A program made the translations under genes and the position numbers. DNA of 64,000 nucleotides from Neodothiora populina (Eukaryota), in contig NW_027191411.1 in the NCBI RefSeq assembly GCF_041146345.1, positions 1,860,001 to 1,924,000 of the forward strand, given 5' to 3'. This document shows positions 43,548-52,801 of this stretch, in pieces. Under the pieces are notes generated by a model. That model did not search any database, was not told where the DNA came from, and saw nothing but the letters and a program-made list of their open reading frames with translations. Numbering within the stretch: the first letter of the stretch is position 1; each line of letters opens with the position of its first letter.

Positions 43548-45367
43548 GTAGGCTTGTAAAACACAGACTACCTTATGTAACACACCTGATGTATATATCC
43601 TACCTCTTCATATCCGCGCCCTACATCAAAACCCTACCAGAAAGATCTCTGGAGCACAGGTACATAATCAAGAAAAATAAGCCGTCATTCCACGTACGGC
43701 CACAGGCAGCTGAGAACTGGGCATCCCGTCCGCTCTGCCAGACATAAGCAGTTGACCGGCTGATTAGTACTACGGTGGGTGACCACGTGGGAATCCCAGC
43801 TGCTGTACGTTTTGTTTTTCCTTTTTTACCCCTCTATCTTCCTTTCTTCCTGAATTTTGTATCAGTCTTCTGCTTTTCGGCGTTCTCTTATTGCCTGGTT
43901 TTTCCTTTTTTCCTGTTATGCTTCTGCTGGTTGATGTTATACTTTTGTGTGTTTCGTCAGGTGCAATCCACTGGACAGTACCTTGGGTTCATGGTGAATC
44001 CCTCTTTTCTCCATGTGCGGATATGCGGTATAACCGGAACAATCACATATTATAATGCATACAAAAAGCAGGCAATAGATACTCTATGCCAGAGCACGTG
44101 GATGTACAAAATTGCAACAGCAGAGAAACGCAATGAGATTCTCCGGACTGACACCAGGGGAATGGATATGTGGACCCAGCACTGTCTAGGCTCTGTGACC
44201 AACTCTCCTCGACTCCGGGCGAGGTCGCTATTGCTTTTCACCTGTATGTCGCTCGTGCGTGACTTTCCATTCACCACTTGGTCAGCTTCGCGCATTACGA
44301 CAGAGGTGCAGTACAGTAGATCGCGCGCGGACTTTCCTCTTGCAGTACAACTTTATTGAAGGTCTGTCATATTGTATTCTAACAGCATGCACTACTCTGC
44401 CCTACCACACAAGTACAAACCTTGATCTCGAGGCTTATGGCCGAGGTGCCCACATGGACCTGAAGTCGGCTCCCACGGCAGGGAACTCGGCAAGCCCTGT
44501 TGTTCGGTATCCGCCGATAGACTAGACTGACGTCAAAGAAGAAGATCGGGCCGGCGGGGTGTGTCGACGAACACAGCCAGTTGGCCGTCTATCGATTGGT
44601 GCTCTGCCAGATAGGCTGGACAGATAGGCCTGCCTGCTTGGTCTGTAACCTGTGACTAAAGCAACGCTGTCCCCATGTGTAAAAGCAACTCGTTCTTCTT
44701 TCCTCTCTGCTTCGCAAAAGAACGTCGACGATGTTACACGCTTTGGCGACTCCCGCCCTGAGAGCGCAGCCATGCTGTATGTATCGCGGTCGACGCAACA
44801 TCCGCACCGCGTCTGGTGAGCACGCGCCAGCTATTCTGTACCACTCTGGCCCAAAACTACAAGTACCTGCATTCACCAAAGTTCGAGGCAGGGCTTAATC
44901 CCGCCAAGCCCGTGCCTTGCCGCCACCGAGCGGCGGGTCGCGAAACCGTAACACTTACAAACACGGCATAGAGCAGCAGACTTTTCAATTGCCATCACGA
45001 AATTTCTACTGTTTAGTGGGCCAACAAGAGTCACTGCTGCTATACGAGGGCCACCACCGACGTTGGATCTTACGTACATATAACTCATGCTAGGTAGGTC
45101 TTTGTGCGGGTATACTTTCGACTTGAGACAACTCACCAAGTACTCTCAATCTACTTGTCGCTGCATTTCACATCTTTTCCAATCTTCTCACAGACCCTCT
45201 CTTCTCTGCCCATTTTAGTGTGTCGTACTGTGTGATTTGTGTTCTCGGTTCTTTTTGACCTTTCGCTTTTGGTTGATTCGTTGCCTCTCTCTGTTTTGCC
45301 CTTGGTCACTGCATTTCTTCTTATAAATCCTTTCATCATTTGAAGCGGGGAAGAACAAGAGCCCCAT

Positions 45368-45375
45368 TGAGTCAT
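45368..45375. promoter_or_regulatory. Gcn4/CpcA response element (TGAGTCAT)
   Basis: Exact TGASTCA core about 85-90 bp upstream of the permease ATG. Confidence 0.45.
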
Positions 45376-45458
45376 TTGTGCTCGAGGACTACTTACTTCA
45401 GCAACTGCTGTGGAAGCACAGGAACACCTACCCACAGGACACCTAAACATACATAGCT

Positions 45459-47154
45459 ATGGCGGACAAGATTGAGATCGGCCCAAAGGTCGACCCCGTC
45501 GAAGAGAAGCCTGAGGATTGGAACTCTCGATCGTCATACGATGGTGAACTCGAGAAGCAAGTACAGAAGGGCACCACGGTGCAACTCAAGCGTCGTCTGC
45601 AATCAAGGCATCTGCAGATGATTGCCATTGGTATGTTTCGACTGCTACACGCCAACTACATCCATTGGTTGACAAGATATGAAAGGTGGTACTATTGGTA
45701 CTGGTCTCTTCATCGGTTCCGGCGAAGCCATCGCCAACTCGGGTCCTGCTGGCGCTCTCATCGCATATGCTTTCGTCGGTACTCTCGTGTATAGCGTCAT
45801 GGTCGCTTTAGGAGAGATGGCCACCTACCTGCCCATCACTGGTGCTTTCACCGCCTACGCTGCTCGCTTTGTCGACCCTAGTCTTGGATTCGCCATGGGC
45901 TGGATCTACTGGTTCTCCTGGGCCATCACTTACGCTCTCGAACTCACTGCGTCCGGACTCATCATCCAGTACTGGCGACCGGACCTCAATGTCGGCATCT
46001 TCATCGGGGTCTTTTGGCTTGTCATTACCTCGATCAACTTCTTGCCCGTCTCGTTTTATGGCGAGGTCGAGTTCTATTTTGCGCTCATAAAGGTCATCAC
46101 CGTTGTGGGTTTCATGATCTTCGCCATCTGCATCGACGCCGGAGTCGGACAGCACGGATACCTCGGATTTCATACTTGGGGCAACCCTGGTGCCTTTGCG
46201 CCTTACCTCGTCGGTGACGGCGCTCTTGCCAAGTTCGTAGGATTCTGGTCTGTCCTCATTCAAGCTGGATTTTCTTACCAGGGAACCGAGCTTGTTGGTA
46301 TCGCCGCTGGTGAGACTGCCAACCCTCGCAAGACGGTGCCTGCTGCTATCAAGAAGACCTTCTACCGTATCTTGTTCTTCTTTGTCCTGACCATTTTCTT
46401 CATTGGTCTTTTGGTACCTTATGATAACCCTCAATTGCTTTCTGGAAACACCGACGCCAGCTCTTCACCTTTCGTCATTGCCGCCAAGCTTGCTGGTGTC
46501 TCTACCGTTCCTGGCTTGATCAATGGTGTCCTTCTCTGTGTCGTTCTCAGCGCTGCCAACTCGAACGTTTACTCTGGATCTCGTATCATTGTCGGTCTTG
46601 CTGATTCCAACTGCGCCCCTGCTTTTTTCAAGAAACAAACCAAGGGTGGTGTTCCGTACTACGCTGTCGCCTTCACAGCAGCGATTGGTCTTTTGGGTTT
46701 CCTGAATGAGAGCTCTGGTGCAAGCACCGTCTTCGACTGGCTAATGAACATGTCCGGTGTTGCAGGATTCATCTCCTGGACATGCATCAACATCTCGCAC
46801 GTTGCATTTATGCGCGCCCTCAAGGCTCGCGGCATCCCTCGCGATTTCCTGCCCTACAAGGCCATCCTGCAGCCATACTTTACCTACTACGGCATCTTCT
46901 TCAACGTCATCATCATCCTCACACAGGGCTTCACCGCCTTCATTCCATGGGACACATCGAGCTTTTTTATTGCTTACGTCTCGCTGATCCTCTTTGTGGT
47001 CTTGTACCTCGGCCACAAGATCGTTTTCAGGACCAAGCTCGTCAACCCCAAAGATGCCGACCTGGACTCTGGCCGTCGCGAGATCGACGAGATGCACTTT
47101 GAGGAAAAGGAGCCGACGACGGCCTGGGGCAAGTTCTGGGCCTGGCTCGGATGA
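45459..47154 (+). CDS. APC/YAT amino-acid permease, Can1/Lyp1-like (probably arginine/lysine); intron 45631-45685
   Basis: [36 protein letters not shown] and FSYQGTELVGIAAGE. YWFSWAITYALEL closely resembles the YWFSWAITFALEL segment of yeast Can1/Lyp1. Confidence 0.92.
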
Positions 47155-47266
47155 TCGAGTGGGATGCTCGAGGTTTTTGTTCGCTGCTTTTGGTTTTTTC
47201 GCTTTTGCTTTTGCTTTTGCTTTGCATACTCTGTTCTTTTTTCTTGGAAGAAAGAACAACTAAAAG

Positions 47267-47334
47267 TTTCCGGCGGACCGGAGATCCTGAGAGCTGGATC
47301 AGGGCCTTTTTCCTAAAAAGGTCAAACACTGAGG
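47267..47334 (+). ncRNA. Structured RNA motif, copy 1 (candidate 3'-UTR cis-regulatory RNA)
   Basis: TTTCCGGCGGACCGGA - stem GATCC/GGATC - AG - stem GGCCTTTTT/AAAAAGGTC - AAACACTGAGG. Confidence 0.7.
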
Positions 47335-47354
47335 TGATACTGAAATATTTCGCA

Positions 47355-47457
47355 TTTCCGGAGGACCGGAGGGCCCTTGTTCGTTTTCTACGAACATCGG
47401 TCCAGGGCGTTTCATGCAACGAAGGAAAAGAAAAACATGAAATGTCAAACACTGAGG
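47355..47457 (+). ncRNA. Structured RNA motif, copy 2
   Basis: TTTCCGGAGGACCGGA - stem GGGCC..TGTTCGT/ACGAACA..GGTCC - AG - stem GGCGTTTCATG/CATGAAATGTC - AAACACTGAGG. Confidence 0.7.
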
Positions 47458-47536
47458 TGACAAAGGAAAGAACGAGGAAAAAGAAGAAAAAGAAGAAAAA
47501 GAAGCTTTTTTTATTCTACATACCATGTACTTTGTT

Positions 47537-47727
47537 TTTCCGGAGGACCGGAGGTTGTTCATTGTCGGTCTATGAGAACCGACGAGGATGACCAGGACAA
47601 GTCCTCTTTCCCTCTCTTAAGTGTCTTCCATCTGTCGTTATTCTCGCCCTTTGTACATTGAAGAGAATTATTGACCTTGGAGCGCAAGAGATGAAAAGAG
47701 GAAAAGAGGAGTTGTCAAACACTGAGG
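47537..47727 (+). ncRNA. Structured RNA motif, copy 3
   Basis: TTTCCGGAGGACCGGA - stem GGTTGTTC..GTCGGT/ACCGAC..GGATGACC - AG - long stem GACAAGTCCTCTTTCCCTCT/AGAGGAAAAGAGGAGTTGTC - AAACACTGAGG. Confidence 0.7.
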
Positions 47728-48818
47728 AAAAAAACCATATACTGCTCGTTAATATCTTATGGAGAGTTGTTTTTTATCGTACAAAAAGCATACACTGTAC
47801 ATATAGATTAGATTTTTTGGATCGAAAGTCTACATTACCTTACTGCTCGCTCACTACTCTTGCTGCTGCTTTCCGAAAAAAGTTCTGAACAGTGTTTGAC
47901 TTTTTTCTTGGATCTCATCTGTGTTCACATCACCTGTTCTTGTCATCATCCTTTTTTCCTTCTCTGGATGTCCTCGAAATGCCTTGCTGCAGTCCTTTGA
48001 GCCCTGACTGATTAATCCGGCTATCGATGGGTCTCGGGCATCTTGACGATCTTATGCTGTCCCTATGCCTCCCACAAGGCGGACTGTACCGTCATCGAAG
48101 TCGCTTCTGCCCCACCCCCCGAAGCCTTCGAGCTTGCCTTGCGCGGTGTCTCTGTGCGGGGTCTTGCCTGTCTCTGGTGCCCAAGTACACGTCATCACAT
48201 CCAGCGTCGCCAAAGGCTCAGCACTCCTGCAAAGAATAAGCCAGGCGCGAGCTTGATGCCTGACCCCCCCTTGACTGGAATTCTGCGAGCTTCGGATGGT
48301 GTCTGGTTCTCTCAAGGTAAAAATTCTGCAGGAGGCGGCCAGATAGTCAATGTCGGTTGAAATGGCGGGGTTGGACCAGTGGTACCTTAGCTTGGCCCCC
48401 TGTGACTTATGCGTCGCTGTTGCAGCGTCATTAGTGATCTTTCGTGGGTGGATCATTTGGGTTGGATCAAGCATAGCTCTTTAGTAAGGTAAGTAGTCGA
48501 TGATTAAGCCTCGGCTAGTGCGGGGTTGGTTGTGTGAGGCGAGTAAACAGAACTTGTTCTAATCACTTATCGAGACTCCCTCCATAGTAGGTGAGTCATG
48601 TTACGGTTCAACAATCCTGCGGCAGGCTTATTATATTGATAACAACAGTCAAGCGACCCGTTGAGTGAACACTTTGGTATAAGATGTTCAAGTTCGCAGC
48701 CACTCTTTCTTAATAGCTACAATAGAGGATATGTATTTGTATTCACTTAGCTTAGTTGCGTGGAAACCTACCTTACTTCGCCGTCTTGTATCCAACACCC
48801 AACATTGAGCATAATAGC

Positions 48819-49810
48819 ATGTCCACCCAACTCGACGCCGCCTCGATCGCGCGCACCTCTCTACATGACCCCACCCACTTCGACATCCAGCACTCGCAGA
48901 CCCTTCACCGCCTCGAGCTCCTGCGGCACTGGGATATTTCTACCGGCGCCAAGGTGCTAGAACTGGGATGCGGGCAGGGAGACTGCACGACTGTGCTTGC
49001 CTCTGCTGTTGGCGAGCAGGGGAGGGTGGTAGCGGTCGATCCAGCGGGACTGGATTATGGTGAGTCTTTTTTTTCGCCTTCTCTGTACTCTGCTGCGTGT
49101 CACACCTGGCGGGTGGTGAGAGCGGAGAAGCAGCCGACTGATAAATGGCTTATCCTGCAGGTGCCCCGTATACTCTCGGCCAAGCACAGAATCACATTTC
49201 TCAAGGTCCGCTAGGTAGAAGGATCACGTGGGTGCAATCATCGCCCTTGGACTACCTTTCCTCTCTCTCTTCCACATCTCCCGTCAGCGACAGCAAAACC
49301 TGCGACGCAACAGTGCTCGCCCACTGCCTGTGGTACTTCTCCTCCCCCTCACTGATCCTCTCCACCTTCCGAGCCATCAAGCAGCATAGCAGGCGTCTCC
49401 TACTTGCTGAGTGGTCATTAGTAGCGACGCACCCGTCCGCCCAGCCTCACGTGTTAGCGACGCTCACTCAGGCAGCGCTCGAGTGCCGCAAGCCCGCGGG
49501 CAGCAGCGTCTCGAATGTCCGCACGGTGCTGAGTCCAAAGCGGCTTACCGAGCTGGCTCTGGCTGCCGGGTGGCAGCTAGAGAGCGAGACACGTGTGCAA
49601 GGTGGCGAGGGGCTGTTGGACGGACAGTGGGAGGTCTCTGCTTGTCTTTCTTCTTCTTTCGAAGGGGAAGTGCAGGAGCAAGTGAGTGATGAGCGGGAAC
49701 GGGCGATGGTTCTCGCGCTGAGGGATGCATGTGAGGCAAGCTTGGAGGTTGTACAGGAGGGTCGCAAAGGGGTCAGGGCGATGGATGTCTGGGTTGCTGG
49801 TTTTGTCTGA
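48819..49810 (+). CDS. Class I SAM-dependent methyltransferase; intron 49060-49160
   Basis: Motif I VLELGCGQGDCT, VVAVDP, spliced LDYGAPYTLGQAQ, and VLAHCLWYF. Confidence 0.88.
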
Positions 49811-50309
49811 TCGGGCAGTGCTGAGTGGGTGTGCAAACAGATCCACGACATGAGTCAAGGTAAAGATGAGAGAAGAGATGACAGTAGACTTCGTCCAAAG
49901 CGGAAGCAAGTACTCTTGTCTACCTTGGTGTTAGCAAAATGCTACTTATCTTGTAAGGATACAATAGATTAGAATGGCGTAGCGTCACCAAGTCCTCACT
50001 GTCACAGACGACGGATCCACGAGGATCTGTGGCCATCATGAACAGAGGACTCGGGTAGTATCTCACGAGTGCATGTAAACAACTGGTGGGAGTATCCTTA
50101 TAGCTTGCTTCTGTATCTACCTTTTCTACCTTTTCTACCGAGGAGTTCTTCTCGATCCATGCGGCAAATTCTTGACTCAAGAAGGGCGGGGATTGGTGGC
50201 GAGACATGAGTCGAAGGATCACCAGAGACTCTCTTGGCAGGGTCTCGAGCCTCGCTGCGTCTTTCTTTCTCTGTGTGCTTCGGACTTGACGATCCATCAA
50301 TTCTATCGG

Positions 50310-50360
50310 TTCAACCATCAATTCAACCATCAATTCAACCATCAATTCAACCATCAATTC
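50310..50360 (+). repeat. 12-bp tandem repeat (TTCAACCATCAA) x4.25
   Basis: Perfect copies at 50310, 50322, 50334 and 50346, ending 12 bp before the ATG at 50373. Confidence 0.95.
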
Positions 50361-50372
50361 GGCGATTCAATC

Positions 50373-51830
50373 ATGGCAAAGAGAAAGAGAAACACTCAGG
50401 CAGCAGCCGAGCCGACAAAGAAGCAGAGCAAAGCTTCGGACATAGCCACTCCTCCCCGAGACGATGACACGCCGGAGATCAAGAACGCCCACTCGATCAT
50501 CTCGCCAGAAGAGCTCGACATGACCGTCGACACCCTCCACACGCTGTCTCGCTACCCGGGCATCATCAAGTCAAAGACATGCAAAGACCTGAGGACCGCC
50601 GTCTACGACTTCCGCCAAGCCTGCACCACGGGGCTCAACACGGCGGCCGAGGGCAACAACCTGACTGCTCGCATCTCGGCCGCCCTGACCGATGCCAAAT
50701 ACACCGACGCCCTGATCTCCTTGGCCGAGATGCGCATCCGGGGAGAGACGCCGAAGCTGGGAGCCCTCTGTCGGTGGGTCAGGGATCTGGACGTGGTCAG
50801 TGGATTGTCCATGCAGGTCGACGGCGTCAGCAAAACCACGGCCGCTCGCTCGGCAAAGGATAAAGAGTTGCTGAGAGTTCTGGATGCTGTGCTCAGAGTC
50901 ACTGGTCCGACAGACACCAACGCCGAAGACACGTGTCGTTCATCAGACCCAATCGCCCTGCAGAAGGCGTGGAACCTGCGAGACGAGAAGCGCACGCTTC
51001 GCCACATCCACGAGAGCGTCGTCGACAAGTCCATCCTCAACACCTGTCCGCCCGATGTCAAGCAGAGATTCAGAGTCGTCGAGACAACCCCCGCCCTCGA
51101 CAGGAAACCGCCGAATTTGTATCCCGCAGTCTTGTACGCCTCGAGAGATGACGCCGTCCTTTTGGGCCAAGCGCCACACACCACCGTCCACAAACACCCT
51201 GTCGTGCCCAATCTGCGACTCATCAAGGATGTCTTGTCGCCAGAAGAGTGCGCTTCAATCATCGCTGCTGCCGAGACAATGGAGTTCATTCCGGACGCCC
51301 CGATCAGAGATCAAGGAGAAGAAACAAGTGTCCTGGCCCACAACTTCTACTGGATTGTCGACCAGGCCTTCCATGACAGGCTCTGGCAACGAGTCAGCCC
51401 GTATGTGCCCGAGGCATCGTCCGGAAAGACAGTCCGCGGCATCAATCGCAGATTCAGAGTCTACAGATACGTCCCTGGCGCCGAGTACAGATGTCACATC
51501 GACGGCGCATGGCCGCCCTCCGGCATCAATCCCGTCACAGACGTCTACCAATACGACTCATCACCCCCGGCTGCCCGCCAGTCATCTCTGTTTACCTTTC
51601 TGATATATCTCAATGACGAATTCGAAGGCGGCGAGACCACCTTTTTCATCCCCAGTGTTAGAGAAGGAGTCATGAATGCATACCCCATCAAGCCCATCAT
51701 GGGAAGCGTCGCTGTCTTTCCCCATGGCGAGGCCCAAGGCGCATTGCTTCATGAGGGGACCGGTGTGACCAAGGGAGCCAAATATGTCATTCGGACTGAC
51801 GTCGAATACGATGTCGATCCTACGCCCTGA
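50373..51830 (+). CDS. 2-oxoglutarate/Fe(II) dioxygenase (prolyl-4-hydroxylase-like) with N-terminal extension and basic NLS-like start
   Basis: VLSPEECASII, RFRVYRY, CHID (HxD), TFLIYLNDEFEGGETTF, LLHEG and KYVIR. Begins MAKRKR. Confidence 0.88.
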   Translation: MAKRKRNTQAAAEPTKKQSKASDIATPPRDDDTPEIKNAHSIISPEELDMTVDTLHTLSRYPGIIKSKTCKDLRTAVYDFRQACTTGLNTAAEGNNLTARISAALTDAKYTDALISLAEMRIRGETPKLGALCRWVRDLDVVSGLSMQVDGVSKTTAARSAKDKELLRVLDAVLRVTGPTDTNAEDTCRSSDPIALQKAWNLRDEKRTLRHIHESVVDKSILNTCPPDVKQRFRVVETTPALDRKPPNLYPAVLYASRDDAVLLGQAPHTTVHKHPVVPNLRLIKDVLSPEECASIIAAAETMEFIPDAPIRDQGEETSVLAHNFYWIVDQAFHDRLWQRVSPYVPEASSGKTVRGINRRFRVYRYVPGAEYRCHIDGAWPPSGINPVTDVYQYDSSPPAARQSSLFTFLIYLNDEFEGGETTFFIPSVREGVMNAYPIKPIMGSVAVFPHGEAQGALLHEGTGVTKGAKYVIRTDVEYDVDPTP

Positions 51831-52801
51831 TCTTCTTATTTTGAGTACTTTCTGAACAAGAAAAATGGAAAATCTACATCAAAAGGGGTTGATTAGAGGG
51901 ACACACAGGTGCTTAATCCAGGCAACATCCGTCACCTAGCATACACGATTTGTACTTTGCTCGTATCTTGATACAGACCGAGAAGCACGTCCAGCCTCCA
52001 TAACCCCCAGTCCCGATGGGATAAGCCTTGGATTGCAAAAGCAGGAACACCCAGGAAGGAACGAAGAAGCGCCGCCAAGACTACTTGTTGTATATACATC
52101 TTACATACCATAACGACATGAAACGACAGATATGTTAACATACATGTATATGCTAGCAAAATCAAAAAGAAATACTCAAAATGATTTGCACTTAGACAAA
52201 ATGAAAAGAGGAGGATGAGTTTGGTCTATATGGGAAATACACACCTTGCACACCTTATACCTGCGAAACCGGTCAGCCTACAGTACCTTACGTGACGTCC
52301 GGCTAAGCTTAAGCTGAGGTACCTGCCTCACCTTACTGATCTAAAATACCTTACCTTCAGGTTACTCTTCCCGCTTTTCGTTATTCTCTTCGCGTTTCTG
52401 TCTCTCGAAGCTTTTATACCTACTCTCAAAGCTCTTGTCCTCGAGAACCTGAGATGACGGCTACACGTCCAAGATACATATAGTCTTCACTTGGTATCAG
52501 GAGCACGTGCAATTGATTTTTTTTTTCATGGTATGTCATGATACCTTATGACTGCATATATGTGTACAGATATCCCGTTCCTGCCCCCTCTCCTTTCCGA
52601 GTAATACTGGGGGTCTGAATGCTATGCGATGCAATGCAATGCATACATGAACTTGTCTTTTGTTCCTCTTTTGCGATACCCTTCCTCTCTTTTTCTTGAG
52701 TCATACAATCTCGCGCTCTCTGCACCTCCTCCTCGTCCCGTTATTCAGCTAGTCCTGGGGTGTTGCATCACTCGACAGCAGCAGCACTAGCAACAACAGA
52801 A

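Noticed and set aside
43775..44359. 194-aa hydrophobic ORF
   Set aside because: It has a GTG start and the hydrophobicity comes from a T-rich low-complexity tract. There is no coding-like codon bias.
47151..47591. 146-aa ORF with poly-Lys downstream of the permease
   Set aside because: It arises from simple-sequence tracts and overlaps the RNA motif. The repeated blocks are not kept in one frame across all three copies.
47267..47727. CRISPR-like array, hammerhead ribozyme or box C/D snoRNA cluster as the explanation of the repeats
   Set aside because: The context is eukaryotic with no cas genes, and the 'spacers' are self-complementary stems. There is no CUGANGA/GAAA hammerhead core. CTGA could be a box D, but no RTGATGA box C is present. 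A DNA-level CGG-N4-CCG Zn2Cys6 site cannot explain the strand-specific G.U stems, although it is not fully excluded.
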